Positions 1-14,446 are shown, numbered from the stretch's first letter. The stretch: 64,000 bases of DNA from Octopus vulgaris (GCA_951406725.2 OX597821.1:16182001-16246000); one strand, 5' to 3'. Made by a program: numbers and translations. Notes: generated from the sequence alone by a model not told the origin.

Positions 1-300
1 GCATGTGCACTTGAAGGACACGGAAGATATATACTAATGTTTTCGTTGAGCTAGGAAAGGGTTACGATGCCCCAAATATTTCATAACATGAACTCAAAAC
101 GAAAGATGAGATTTATGGTAATATTCCATCTGTATGTGTTATTATTACATAATCAAATTAGGTTTGTTGGCCATTGCTTTAGTGCTAAACAGGTCTTATC
201 AGATTTTATAAATTTATAGATTCCTCATCCACTTAGAGAATACAGAACACTTATCTACATTAAGTTTGGTAGAGAAGCACCACAAGAAATTGGGAACATA
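1..300 (+). mobile_element. Decayed RTE/RTEX-like LINE ORF 3' fragment
   Basis: Broken frames read ...TKDEIYGNIPSV... and ...IRFVGHCFSAKQVLSDF..., resembling the RTE-clade C-terminal 'IYG.lP' and 'rLRFaGHC' motifs; stops and frameshifts present. Confidence 0.55.
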
Positions 301-339
301 CGAATGATAATTCAGTGGATTCAACTGAAGGAAACAGAA

Positions 340-730
340 TTATTTTCTACTCTAGTCACAAGACCCGAAATCTTTGGAGAAGGGGCCAGTCGATTATATC
401 GACCCCAGTACGTAACTAGTACTTAATTTATCGACCCCGAAAGGTAAAGAAATCCTCGGCAGAATTTTGAACTCAGAATATAAGGACATACGAAATACCT
501 ATTTCTTTACTACCCAAAAGGGGCTAAACGCAGAGGGGGACAAACAAGGACAGACAAACGGATTAAATCGATTCTATCGACCCCAGTGCGTAACTGGTAC
601 TTATTTTATCGACCCCGAAAGGATGAAAGGCAAAGTCAACCTCGGCGGAATTTGAACTCAGAACGTAACGGCAGACAAAATACCGCTAGGCATTTCGCCC
701 GGCGTGCTTAAAGTTTCTGCCAGCTCGCCA
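340..730 (-). mobile_element. SINE family A (tRNA-derived), head plus tandem second body
   Basis: Contains GAAAGGATGAAAGGCAAAGTC..CTCGGCGGAATTTGAACTCAG, shared with more than 8 other copies; on the minus strand it has a B-box-like GAGTTCAAATTCC. Confidence 0.85.
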
Positions 731-889
731 TTGTAGAAATTAAACAAAATTATATCAAATATATTTCACATTTTCGGAGAACTAAGTATTTACTGAACTT
801 TGAATGATCGAACCCTTCCAGATCCTAAACCTCAGGCTCAAACATTTTTGGTTCGATAGGATAAGAGTATGTATTATGCAAATGTTTCT

Positions 890-1210
890 GAAGGCTCTTG
901 GCTTAGTGATTAGTGTATTCGGCTCATGATCACAAGGTCATGAGTTCATCTCCCTGTGACGCGTTGTGTCCTTGAGCAAGATATTATATTTCACGTTGCT
1001 CCAGTTCACTCAGCTGGCAAAAATAAGTAGTACTTGTATTTGAAAGGGCCAGCCTTGTCACATCCAGTGTCACACTAAATCTCCTTGAGAACTTCGTCAA
1101 GTGTACACGTGTCTCTGGAGTGCTCAGCCACTTGCACATTAATTTCAAGAGCAGGCTATTCCGTTGATCAGTTCAGCTTCAACTCTTATCATCATAACCG
1201 ACATTGTGCC
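890..1210 (+). mobile_element. Older tRNA-derived SINE (family C-related)
   Basis: tRNA-like head TGGCTTAGTGATTAG...GAGTTCATCTCCC; its 3' half matches 20630-20800. Confidence 0.7.
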
Positions 1211-2727
1211 AGTTATTATTCAAATGTTTAGATTAAATGAAATTTTTTTTTTACGCAACCATAATGCTAAGGGCTTTTCTACTATGCTTCTCTGCTCCGC
1301 GAAATTGTTCCTCAATCTAATCTCGATAGATATTATGCAACCTGAATGATAGGTATCATACCATAAAAGCAAGAAGAAATTGAGTCGAGGAAATTTCAAT
1401 ATTACATTACTTCAATCTGAGTTTGGGGCTATTTAACATCGCTTACATCACGAAGACTGTTGAAAACGTCAAAGTAATCTCATGTTCACTACCAAATAGG
1501 TCTGTAGCGAAGATGAAAGACGCGGTCAATTATTAGAATATCAGATTAAATATTATATTTAAGCAGTTTAATATTTGGCTACTTTGACCACAAAATTAAC
1601 TAAGATGCACTTCTATGAACTGCAAACTTGCCAATCAAATATATAACTCGGTGATTTGGTCAGTTTCGTGTAATGTAATAATCGTATTAATTTGTACACA
1701 TAACAGAAGCCGTGAAGATTGAAACACTTAACTTTGTAATTACATCCCTATTTAAATGAACCTCCGCTGCTCATACACTAAATTTCCATTGCAAATATAT
1801 GGGTCTTTATTGAACATACAAGACTCTTTCGCAAGTATGCGGATAATTATTGTGCATATATGAATTTTATTTGCAAATGCGCTTGGTCTCTTTTGCTTAT
1901 GTATAACTATAAATATAATTATAATTGAATGTGTGTATGTGTGTGTATGTGCGTGCGTGAGTGAGTGCGTGCGTACGTGAGCATGTGTCTGTGTATGTGT
2001 GTGTTTGTGTGCGTACGTGCACACTCAGTACTTATTCTCATTGTTAGATGCTACCGTTATATATGCGTGTGGCTATATCTATGCGCGCGCGCGTGTGTGT
2101 CTGTGTATGGGTGTGTATGTGTGTTACAACGTTAAATTAAAGCTATATATATATATAATATGCATAAATATATATATAATATATATATACTAAATATAAT
2201 ATGTATATACACTTCTATCTATCTCCATTAGAGCCGTATAAATCACTGAATATATGTGAATATCCGTTGTACATGTACGAATATGTCTTGCTGCATAATC
2301 ATTGCACTTACATTTAAACATACGGTTCGTGTATAAAATATCATATGCTTAGTATACGATATTCCATGCAATGATTTTAGGAGCGTATATTGTTGTTCAG
2401 CTAATTATGTCTATAGTATCTAATTAATGGATTAACAAACTGCATTGACCACACGATTAATTATCTATGATTAATAATGCTATTAAAATGCTACCTCTTA
2501 CAAATACAAATTTGAGAATTTTGAGATTACACATTTTTCCGATGAACAAACGTTTAGGGTTATATATATACCATATATATATACGTTTTATCTATTATTT
2601 TGCACATTACTTAATCATCGTTATATGTTTTATCTCATATCTAATCATTCTATAATATGCAATTTTCTAGATGGTATAATTAAATTTATCATTGTCGAAT
2701 TGATAAAAGGTGGTTACTTTTCTAATT

Positions 2728-2769
<42 letters not shown>

Positions 2770-2829
2770 AATTCGTTATTTGATTCTCATATAATGTAAT
2801 ATGACGATTTAAAATATGAGAGTTACCTT

Positions 2830-3062
2830 CTCGCATGACACCGACGGGTAGGATCGGACGTCCCGGTTTCATGGCGTATTCCCCACATGAACGAGACACC
2901 GGACCCTCGCAGGGTTACTTATGTTTGCCTGTTGAGTGGACTGAACAAACGTGAAATGTGGTGATTGCCCAAGAACACAACGCGTCACCTGGTGCAGAAA
3001 TCGAAGCCACTTTCTTAGGATCATTAGTGCAACACCCTAACAACTACGCCACGTGCCTCCAT
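2830..3062 (-). mobile_element. Diverged tRNA-derived SINE (family C-related)
   Basis: Minus-strand head ATGGAGGCACGTGGCGTAGTTG...; tail resembles 23470-23550. Confidence 0.6.
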
Positions 3063-4328
3063 TTCATATACTATCTCTTATAATGTTGCTACTGATATAT
3101 TTCTGTGCATAGACTGTATGTCTACCATCTACAAGAGATAATATCTCAGATCGATATACAGAACACCGCAGTTAATTTAGCTCTTCGTGATGTATGTGCG
3201 TGAAGTATGATACACAGATTACTATTTTAAACTAACAATAAATCTGTTGATCATAACGTATCGTTATCTAGCAGGCCGCCTAATTTCGGTATCAGGGATT
3301 TTTCAATCACCTTTTTTTCATACCAGTGACGAGGAATTTTATCTTCCTGAACGGCTTCCAGTGCGTACTTTCTACTGACAAGTTCTAAAATGGCAGAAAT
3401 GTGAATCTAACAATACCACCGCCGTTTCTGGATGATTTTTGCTTGTCTGGATTATTTTTGCTTGAGTATATTCTTGTGTTTTTGTTCTTTTGTTTAACAT
3501 TGAACCTCTATAACAGATAATATCGAACGTAATTTGGTTTTACATGATGTGTCTATATTAAGAAAGATACACCGTTTGCTTTGGGGGATAGGTTCGTAAA
3601 TATGCAGATATAGTTTGATATTTGAAAGTCTAATCGAAATAGATAACCATCTTTAGTTAAATACAATTTTTAGTTAACTTCTTAGCTTTTAGTTTTGATC
3701 AGGTGTCTAGATCAACAGTATGTGTAATTAAAAGACTGATTTATCCAAAGCAAAAAGCCGCCGGTGTTATTGATATTGAAAGTGTAGACGCACTAAATGA
3801 AAGGTCTGTTAATGTATAATGTCACGTTGTTATGTAATTAATCGGATATCGTTTACTTTGCTATAACTGTCAGTTTATTTACTGGGGCTATTTCTTTCCT
3901 AGACTTGCTTCGGTTTGGGAGTCGAGTCCATACGTTGATTGGGATTGTAAAATATATAAACGTCTAAGCCTTTATAAAATTATGTTTTTAGTATAACGGA
4001 AGCAACTAGTTGATCACATACCCCTAGCATTTTCAGACAAAATAATCTAAGCGTTAAAGAGTTACAGACATTCAATAGAGAGCGTGAAATTTGCAAAACA
4101 CAAAGTTATACATTGGTATGAAAAAAAATTATTTACCTTGCAGAGGAGCAAGGTAAATGATATAAACTAGTAGTGGTCACAGGTAAGGTAACTAGCAGTG
4201 TATATCATAGCTTGATAAACTTTTAAAACAGAGCATATGAAACGAAATATATGTAAAACAAGATATGATTTAAATAAATAAAACAATGAAGCTAAATGTG
4301 TGCGTACGATGTGTGCCTCTGTGTGTGT

Positions 4329-4380
<52 letters not shown>

Positions 4381-4399
4381 CGTCGGCTTTGTCTCGTAT

Positions 4400-4565
4400 C
4401 CAAGTATTTATTAATCTTCCATTTTGCTGAACTCTTCCTTTATGGTGAAACTGTTGATGATTTTGTAGACCAATTCTTGCATGGAAGAGTCGACAGCATT
4501 GATTGAATGGCAATGTTGTTGGAGGACGATGCTGATTTTTCGAGCCTTTCTCTCCTGCCGTTTGA
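4400..4565 (-). mobile_element. RTE LINE extreme C-terminus (C2H2-finger-like) relic
   Basis: Minus frames give KRQERKAR, then after a frameshift QCCRLFHARIGLQNHQQFH, matching the RTE end motif C..C.R.F.ARIGL.SH...H. Confidence 0.65.
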
Positions 4566-5163
4566 ATTAAGTAAAGAAGTTAATTTAACTTATTTTGGAT
4601 AACTCACTCGCAGAAGGATGAGATATATTAATGTCAATGAAATCACAGTACCCTAAATCACAATTTTCCCTTGACATTTAATCAGAATTGCAAGTTACTG
4701 CCGTAGGTTATTCTTCTTACAAAATATTAGATCCAAAACACATAAGGAAGTTGGGATTTCCATGACTCCAATAACATAAGAACTCCTATTCCAATTTTAT
4801 CGCTTCATAGTTTCCTGTTTCCGTTAAACAGAGGCCCATAAATTACCTTTATTACTATATGTGACGCAGATGTATTGCTACAAGGAACGAGCAGCCCCAA
4901 ACCCTAATTTTAGTACTTAATATAGTGTATAACATCGGGATCGAATGGTTTTGTGAGATCATATCTCTAGAAACCGACCACATAACCATCTCTACTTCTG
5001 CTGATCTTCGCCCTTCTTTTGTTCCATGTTCGAGATACGTTTAAACAATAATTCGGTTTGTTGAAATGCCACGCCATCAGATTTTAAAACAACCGTAAAA
5101 TGCTTTATGCGTTCCGTAACCGTTGCATTGTTAAGGACGCACGGCCTAGTGGTTAAATTGTTA

Positions 5164-5397
5164 TAAGGCGGTGAGCTTGCAGAAACGTTAGCACGCTGGG
5201 TGAAATGCGTAGCCGTATTTCGTCTGCCGCTACGTTCTGAGTTCAAATTCCGCCGAGGTCGACTTTGCCTTTCATCCTTTCGGGGTCGATTAAATAATTA
5301 CCAGTTACGCACTGGGGTCGATATAATCGACTAAATCTGTTTGTCTGTCCTTGTTTGACCTCACTGTGTTTAGACCCTTGTGGGTAGTAAAGAAATA
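5164..5397 (+). mobile_element. SINE family A, full copy with 13-bp TSD, nested in an older SINE
   Basis: GGTTAAATTGTTA occurs at 5151-5163 and 5398-5410, splitting a family-C-like tRNA head. Confidence 0.9.
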
Positions 5398-6117
5398 GGT
5401 TAAATTGTTACATTCACGATCGGGATATTATTGTTACAATTCCTGGACAGGATGGTGCGTTGTGTTCTTGACGAAAACACCTCATCATTCATGGATCTAC
5501 GTTCACTTCGAGATCTGACTCATGGAACAACGTGCACCTTTTCAGACAAACTTGGTTTCATGTGGGGGAAGGGGGAATGAGCTAATGCACAGCACACACT
5601 GTAAACGAATCATATATAAGGTTGTTCAGCAAAAATTTGCGAAACTGACTTTCTTGGACTACGAGAGACAAGCATCATATCACCATCTGTGTCCCATTTA
5701 ACAGGATCGAGTAACTCATGTAGGCCTAGCAATGCACATCTACAATATTTTTCTTCATTTTCGTGTATGTGCAAAAGTTCTGGTAGGGGATTTTAAGCCC
5801 AGTGCTGCTATGCGATCTTTAAAGTGTTTATTTATAGCAAACACAATGTTTGTCTGCTGCAAATTGTATGTGCAACAGAGGAAAGTCAAGTTCCTCTTGA
5901 ATTGCTATCATTGAAAAATGCAGAGTTATTTCCGTTTCGCAAAGTTTGTGTGTGTACATAGGCGTGTGAGAGAGGATGTGTGATCAAGTTTAACTTTATT
6001 GTTGCTTTACCAAATTTATCGCTAGAATCGCATCTCTCTGAAACACTTATCTAAACTTATGAATGTCAATATCCCTTCCTTCCCCATTCGAGGGTGGCTA
6101 TATCTTCTTCTTCTTCT

Positions 6118-6147
6118 TGTTATTGTCATTATTATTATTATTGTTAC

Positions 6148-6196
<49 letters not shown>

Positions 6197-6245
6197 GTTG
6201 TTACTACTATTATTATTATTGTTGTTACTATTATTATTATTATTG
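6118..6245. repeat. (ATT)n microsatellite
   Basis: Direct reading. Confidence 0.95.
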
Positions 6246-6577
6246 AGTGAGCGAGCAGAGCATGCCATCAAAGTGACACTGGGGTAAAATATACGAAGCC
6301 CAGTATACCCATCATGACTACCCGTCCGATAAGGGTACACCAGGCACATGCATCACAACCATATGTGCGCTACATGGTGATCTCATATCAAGATAAACAG
6401 CACATGACCTTGCAGGTGGAGCCCAGTTAGAATTTTCTTCAGATCGAGTAACCCATCCCGCTCAAAAGGTCCCTGAATAAGGGTTGTTTAAGGGTGTTGA
6501 ACGAAACACCCATGTTTCCAGAGGTGAATTATTCAAATCCCAAAGAATCCTTCTCAACACATGGCTATGATGCTCCC

Positions 6578-6578
<1 letters not shown>
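6245..6578 (-). mobile_element. Dispersed repeat between (ATT)n tracts, probably a non-coding part of an R4/Dong-like LINE
   Basis: 6510-6575 matches 15853-15918; the same family recurs inverted at 58300-58465; (ATT)n on both sides. Strand inferred. Confidence 0.55.
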
Positions 6579-6613
<35 letters not shown>

Positions 6614-6981
6614 CATTATTATTGTTATTAATAGTAGTAGTAGTAGTTGTTGTTGTTGTTGTTGTTATTATAGTAAGAAGAGATGGAGGAGAATGGAGAT
6701 GTGGATTCAACTCCGTGAAAATTCTAACGATTTGGGATTTGGTGAGTTTTAGTGTTGCCATATTTATGTATACGTAAGCAAGATAATAAAATAATCTTTT
6801 TTTTTCTAACGACAGAATTCTTTGTTCGTCTGTACCCCGGATGGGCAGAATTCCAACGGTTCAAACAAATGCTGTAAGAAGATAAATCTAAAATGTTGTT
6901 CTTCCATGAAGTTTTAAAATATTGATATCCAAACGCACTAAAAATGATAAGAGAAAGACGTCTGCAGTGATGGCAGAAGAC

Positions 6982-7031
<50 letters not shown>

Positions 7032-7069
7032 TGATGATGATAAGGAGGAGAAGAAGAAGGGGAAATGGA

Positions 7070-8410
7070 AGTCAACTATATCGACCCCAGTACTTGTCTG
7101 GTTCTTATGTCATCGACCCCCGAAAAGATAAAAATAAAGTCGACTTTTAGCGGAATTTGAACTCAGGAAGTAAAGACATACAACATGCCTGTTTCTTTAC
7201 TACCCACAAGGGGTTAAACACAGTGAGGACAAACAAGGACAGACAAACGGATTAAGTCGATTATATCGACCCCAGTGCATAACTGGTACTTATTTAATCG
7301 ACCCTGAAAGGATGAAAGGCAAAGTCGACCTCAGCGGAATTTGAACTCAGAACATAGCGGCAGACGAAATACCTATTTCTTTAGTACCCACAAGAGGCTA
7401 AATACAGAGAGGACAAACAAGGACAGACAAACGGAATAAGTCGATTATATCGACCCTAGTACGTAACTGGTACTTAATTTATCGACCCCGAAAGGATGAA
7501 AGGCAAAGTCGACCTCAGCGGAATTTGAACTCAGAACGTAACGGCAGAAGAAATATCGCTAAGCATTTCGCGCGGCGTACTAACGTTTCTGCCAGCTCGC
7601 CGCCTTAACTACCATAAATATGTTGCCTACAGGGAGCTAAACACAGAGGGGACAAACAAAGACAGACGAAGGGATTAAGTCGATTACATTAACCCCCAGT
7701 GCGTAACTGGTACTTATTTAATTGACCTCGAAAGTATGAAAAGACAGACAACATACCGCTAAGCATTTTAACCAGCGTGCTGGTTTCAGATTTTGGCACA
7801 GGGCCAACAACTTTAGGGATGGGTAAATCGATTTCCTCGATCCTATTGTTCAAATGGGACGTATTTTCCCCGATTCAGAAAGGCAAAGTCAACCACAGTG
7901 AAATTTGAACTCAGAACGAAAAGACGGACAAAATGCAGCTAAACATTTTGCCCGGCGTTTTAATGATTCTACCAGGTCGTCGTCTTAGTAAGAGTTTCAA
8001 GTTTTGATACCAGGCCTGCAGTTTTTGAGGATGTTATTATATATCAGTTACATTGACTCCAGTGGTTAATAGGTAATTATTTTATCGACTCCGAAATGCT
8101 GTCCCAAGAGGTACGTGAACACATAAGTTCAAGAGTCAAAATTGCTACTATGACTTTTATCCAAAGCTCTAGCTTTTCCACCAACTCGCCGCTCTAATAA
8201 ATAGTAATAGTTTATATTTTGGTATAAGATCAGCAATATTCGAGAAGGGGCGACATCCTGCCCAGTACTCAGGTTTATTATTATTATTTTTTTAGCGACG
8301 GTGAAATGATGGAAATGAAATATACTTGAGCAGAATTTGAACTCAGAACGTAAAGAATCAGAAGAAATGCCACTCAGCTTTTTATCCAACACGTTAACGA
8401 TTCTACCATA
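7070..8410 (-). mobile_element. Cluster of tandem and adjacent SINE family A copies
   Basis: A ~180-bp body repeats at about 7190, 7370 and 7630; heads end near 7604, 7985 and 8407. Confidence 0.85.
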
Positions 8411-9771
8411 AATTTTATGAGTTATTATGTCTGCAAATATCTATTTTAGATGCTTAATATGTTTAATAATGTCGCCGGTGATGTGGATAGATCAAGCTAA
8501 ACAATTCACTTTTTGTAATGTTATTATGTATAGATTTTTGTGTTTTTCTGAATACAAAGGGATGGACGAAAAATGAAACAGATAAGATATTGTCTGTGGA
8601 GAATGAAAAATTCGGTAGAGATTTTTTTTATTAATTATTCATTTTTCTTTGAATCATCTAGAATAATAACATATAATCTAGTATTTGATGTGTCAGTGCT
8701 ACAGTAGAATTTATTTTTCTAATTATCAGTTTCTATAACAATACTTAGAAATACATTAACGGTGGAATAACACATTTTTCTCAATCCTCACTTTAACATT
8801 AGCACATTCATATCGTAAAAAACTATAAGGGCTATTTCAGCTCTATTCTACCCCACTACCTCCAAACATTCGCTTATTTTTCTGTGTTCTATCTCTAAAT
8901 TTTGACTCGAAGTTGTACAGTAACTGCCAATAAGACAAGACAAATGCAAAAGTTTGAGAAAAGGCAGAGAAAACATATATATTATATGATATATATTATT
9001 AAGTTTGAAGCTAATTCATTATATTGAACTCAGTCAAGCTGAGAAGAATGATAGCCCTTACACACCACATCCAGATTATTATAACTAAAGTGGTACGAGG
9101 ATATATAGGAGTACCAGATATATTCAAGCACTGCTTCCACCCTTAAATTTCCAACAACGTATTATAGCAAAGTACTAGGAATACAATTTGCATGCCAGCA
9201 TAACATAGGCTACACTCTGGTTGTACATCTACAAGGAAGCATTTTTTCCCGAACATGAAATACAACGGAATTATATTTCGATCCTCACAGTCTCTCCAAA
9301 ATATATTCATCTGTAGGACATATATACACAGTATATATGCCCTACATCAATTCAGATAAGAAGAAAATATTTCTGCATAAAATAAGTGCAAAAAAGAAAT
9401 AAATATCATATATCAAACGGGCTTTATCTTGTCTGACAATTTGGTGTCCACCGAGAGAATCAATTTAATTTGGAACATTTAGGATGCCTCCTTGAAACAA
9501 CAGTTAAATCTCACGCAGATTATTCTAGTTATCTCCTTCTACAAAATATAAGCTAAACACATATCAAACAATACACTTCTATATAACCGAAAGAAGTCGG
9601 ATGGTTATATCCAAAAGGATTCTGATTAAAAATGAGGGTAACGAAAATATATCTGCGGCGAAGTAACAACAAAACAAACGACGTACTGACCCAATTTTAA
9701 ATGAAGGCGCACAACTGTTATCTACACCGAAATTTATCATTTAAAATTAGCTATATATCATTTCTTTTCTT

Positions 9772-9993
9772 TATTACCCACAAGGGGCTAAACACAGAGG
9801 GGACAAACAAGGACAGACATAGGTATTAAGTCGATTACATCAACACCAGTGCGTAACTGCTACTTAATTTATCGACCCCGAAAGGATGAAAGGCAAAGTC
9901 GACCTCGGCGGAATTTGAACTTAGAACGCAGCGGCGGACGAATACTGCAAAGCATTTCGCCCGGCGTGCTAACGATTCTGCCAGCTCACCGCC
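9772..9993 (-). mobile_element. SINE family A copy
   Basis: Near-identical to the reverse complement of 5164-5397. Confidence 0.9.
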
Positions 9994-10680
9994 CAGAATG
10001 TTCGATATGACACATATCAAAACGTAGGTATGAGATATCTGGGACAGTGGTCCACTTCATTTCACACGACCGTCTCGTCAAAGCAGAGCACAAATAACAG
10101 AGCAGCTGAATTTTTGACATAATATTTATATGTTTATATCCGGCACTTATGTACGGAGTTATCAGCAGGTCATAATTCTGTACATATTGTATACAAACTA
10201 GGAAACAGCGAAACAGATTAGAAAAAATTGCATAACAATACATTCAGCTGACAGAGTGGAATAATCGAATCATATAACACAATGTTTGTCGATAATTTGA
10301 AATGGAATTTTACTTGTTTTAATAACCAGTGTATAAATTGTAGACGTTGAAGGATGGAGAAAAAATTTGCATAAGCTCTCGTTAGGAAATTCGGCAAATT
10401 CAGATAATTTTATATACCATGACAATGCAAGAGTTCTGGCGTCAGCAATATCGTTTCCTTTACGACATAATATCTTATATTACTACTGAACTTATCATAT
10501 CTTTCTGTTGAGGCAAATTTCAGCTAGTTCCATCAGATATTTTATTTCCACTTATTACGTTTTTAAAATTATTGTTTATAATAAAGCATTATAATTTGAC
10601 AATGGTAGATAATGTATTAACTATCACTTTATTTTCATGTCTATGGGCGTGTGTGTCTTTGTATGTGTGTGTATGTATGT

Positions 10681-10714
<34 letters not shown>

Positions 10715-10995
10715 AAATAAGAAAATGGAGAAATACATCGAAATCAAATATCAATTACCAGATAATACTCAATCACATACTTTATTAAACCACCACATAA
10801 GAAACTATAAGGTTAAACATAATGATGTAGAACAAAACAGTGTACATAAAGGGGTGTACATAAAAGAGTGATGTTATACAATTGCATCGCAATTCTTAAC
10901 ATTTATGTATTAACTTTGTTGGGTACTTCACTGGCAGTATATTGGATATATGTTATCCCATGGAGGGTTGCATTTACAACCCCTATCACAATTTG

Positions 10996-11032
<37 letters not shown>

Positions 11033-11568
11033 AAACAAAGACAAACACATATACACATATATAAGCAAATAAGTAACAAGGATATCATGGTATTAGTGTA
11101 TTGCGGCCGTATGAGGTGGCTCCATTTAATCGAACAGTGCAAGTATTACATCAATTTGAAATACACAGCCATTTTCGGATGCATAATATAGATTTTCAAC
11201 ATACAAGATACTTCATTATAATTTTTAACAAATATTTCATCAGAACTGGAGATATATTTGTGTATGGTCATATATATTTGTAGATGGTCGTATATTTGAT
11301 ACGACACGAGGATACACGTGGGCTGGAGAGTCATTGCAGAGATCACATGAAGTGTGACGACAGATTTCAGAAAAGAGGACACCAAAATAAGAATAGTAAT
11401 AAAGCTGAAGTGAAGACCAAGAATATAGTGAATGCAGTTTAGGAAAATTATTACATCTACATACATAAGAATATCTTACAAGACACAATTTCACACCGGG
11501 AATCTTACAAATCAAATGCATAAAAAGTACATACATATATATACATATACGTGTGTGTGCACACACAA

Positions 11569-11624
<56 letters not shown>

Positions 11625-12126
11625 ACATGATATATATATGTGTATATATAATATATACACATAATATATATATAAATGTATATATATATATATATTAGGA
11701 CAGGTGTCTTTCGACTAATCATAAATTGAATTAAGCTGGCGTGTGCGGAAGTGAAGCCTTACGGCAGGGATACAAGATTTTACAAGCATAGGGAAGAATA
11801 CAGATGTTGCACGGACATTGGCCGAACCAAGAAGATCAGGTTTCGCCAAACACCGGTGACGTGGGGGAGAGAAGAGATTAGGGTAGAGACAGAGAGAGAC
11901 AGAAGAAATAAGGAGGGGAGAGAAAATATAACAGGGACACAGTGCGGTGAAAAGAGGAGGGAAAGTGAGCATGAAGAGAAGGCAATGAAATATGAGAGAG
12001 GGGAGACGAAAGAACGAAGAGTGGAATGAACGAAAAAAGCATAAAAGCATAAAAGAAGAAAAGAAGTCGTACAAGATTGAGATAAATAGATACTTACATA
12101 TAAGAGACCAAAGTGTACGCACGCCG

Positions 12127-12202
<76 letters not shown>

Positions 12203-12324
12203 GAAACGGGATAAGGACGCCATACATCCAGACAATAAGGTGATACAAGAAAGGGAAAACAAAACATCCAATAGACGATACAAAGAAATCAAGAAGGGTC
12301 ATTCAGAGTTTTCTTTCCTCCTCC

Positions 12325-13410
12325 TCTTTTAACATCCGCTTTCCATGCTGGCATGGGTTGGACGGTCTGACTGAGGACTGGCAAGCCAGGAATCTTCTCC
12401 AGGCACCAGTCTGATCTGGTAAGTTTTCTGCAGCTGGATCCTCTTCCTATCGCCAACCACTCCGAGAGTGTAGTGGGTGCTTTTTACGTGCTACCGGTAC
12501 GAGGACCAGTCAGGCGGTACTGTCATTGACCGCGCTTGAATGGTACTTTTTATGTGCCATAGAGCAAAAATAATTTTGTATATATATATATATATGTGTG
12601 TCTGCTCCATATAATAGTAGATGCCATTTACGTGCCACCGGCACGATAGCCAGCCAGGCGGTACTAGCATCGACCACGTTCGAATGGTGCTCATTACTTT
12701 CCACCCGTACGGATGCTATACAGGCGCCACTGGCACCGGCCATGACTTCGATTTCGCTTCACTCAACAGGTCTTCTCAAGCAGTGCATATTGCCCGATGA
12801 TTGAAGCGTACCTTTAAACGGGCCGGTCATGACACAGTGACATCGACAACGAGTCACAGCATATCTCCAAAGGACTCTGTCGCTTGTTAATACCTCTGTA
12901 GGGCCGAACGTTTGAAGGTCGTGCTTCAACTCCTCATCCCATGTCTTTCTGGGTCTACCTCTTCCACAGGTTCCTTCCACTGTTAGGGTGTGACACTTCT
13001 TCACACAGCTGTCCTCATCCATATGCAATACAGCGCAGTTGTGTCTTTTGCACACCGCATCTGAAGATTTTTATGTCCAACTTTTTGTCTTAGGGCGCTT
13101 ACACTCTTTCGTCTATGTACATTGACATTACACATCAAGTGGAGCATACTAGCTTCATTGCTTTCAATATTAAGCATGCCCACAGCAATCACAGTCCATT
13201 TTTCACTGCCGTGTATCATGGCTGTTTGCACACATGCAGCATACAATGAGAGGCTCTTTGTTACCAGCAGAAGTAGAAGGCCACTGTACTTTGCCAAGTC
13301 TATTCTTATTCTAGCAGCTATGCTCTTAGAGAATCCACCGACGCTATTGACTTGGTCACCTAGGTAACAGAAGCTATCAATCAACTATTTCTAGTTCTCC
13401 CCACTAGCAT
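12325..13410 (-). mobile_element. 5'-truncated RTE-clade LINE (RT C-terminus plus 3' UTR), pseudogenised
   Basis: DSFCYLGD, IAARIR, LYAACVQTAMIHGSEKW and VEGTCGRGRPRKTWDE are typical RTE ORF C-terminal motifs; frameshifted. Confidence 0.85.
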
Positions 13411-13559
13411 GTGATGAATATATATATATACGAGCAAAAAGCCCCGCTCCAATGGACCAAATTTTCTCAAAACAACTTGTCCAACCGTCCCATAGGCCTC
13501 CCTTTTGAGAAACACTGATTTAACCTAAATTCGAGACACCAGCAAAAGAAGGAATAAAG

Positions 13560-13932
13560 TTGCTCGGGTTTGTAAGGGAAATAACTATATAAGCATTTTT
13601 AGAGATGTAAAGTATAATAGCCATCTCAATATGGCTAACCACAAAGGGGGGGGGGACTGTAGCTTTTTACGTTCTGAGATTTAATAATAAATTTTTAGAG
13701 AGTTACTTTCCTTATATATGCCAAAAATGCATTAAAAATGGAAAAAATTGATGGTAATTTTTTTTTAATCGTAGACTCATCGTAGACGCGCGCTAATACC
13801 CAGAAGGGCTCGATATGAATCACGACTATAAGATACCCGGTTTTGGTTAAACTGCACCGCAAAATGTGGGAGTAGTTAGGAATCTAAATCGTAGGAGACA
13901 GACAGCACACAACCTCACTTTAATATATAAAT
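13560..13932 (-). mobile_element. Non-autonomous Helitron-like element, terminus eroded
   Basis: Ends ...CAGACAGCACACAACCTCACTTTTAATATATAAAT, an architecture similar to 35065-35989 and 46150-46258; hairpin remnant TTGCTCGGG at the left. Confidence 0.5.
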
Positions 13933-14446
13933 ATGTGCCATTGTATATTTTTTTATGTTTGTATATTCATATGTATAAATATATATGTGTGAACGCAGAT
14001 ATTTTACTTTTCCCCAAAATTACCACCCTGCGCCTTATAATCTGAAGGTCAGATTTTGGGTTGACGTATACATCTGACAAGTGTTAACTTTAGTGCTGCT
14101 GAAGGCCTACCAATATCTCTTCTTAGATTAGCTATTGCGACTTATAAATAAATAAACAATAAAGCTATACATGAGTAGATTTAGTAATGAATTATAAATA
14201 TATTTATCCAGTACATCATAAGCAAATTTCAGCCTTCAGACGTTGTGTGCTGTTAAATTTGTACACGAGAGGATAGATAGGAAATAGTGGCATTAGTGTT
14301 TCTTGGTTTCTACTCATGAAAATGTGTGAAACATTTCGCTAGAGGATTCAGGCTCAGGTGTAGTTATATTTTGCATTTTTCTTCAATTTAGGTCTCTCAA
14401 AATTGAGGAAAGCCTTGTATGTGTGAAATTATGTTATTATACGCGC

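Noticed and set aside
4131-4158. 11-bp inverted repeat ATTTACCTTGC/GCAAGGTAAAT with splice-like words
   Set aside because: Short, single occurrence and plausible by chance in AT-rich DNA; no supporting context.
4411-4554. Possible terminal host exon ERKARKISIVLQQ...KMED* followed by AATAAA on the minus strand
   Set aside because: Better explained as a frameshifted RTE C-terminus (KRQERKAR / RLFHARIGL).
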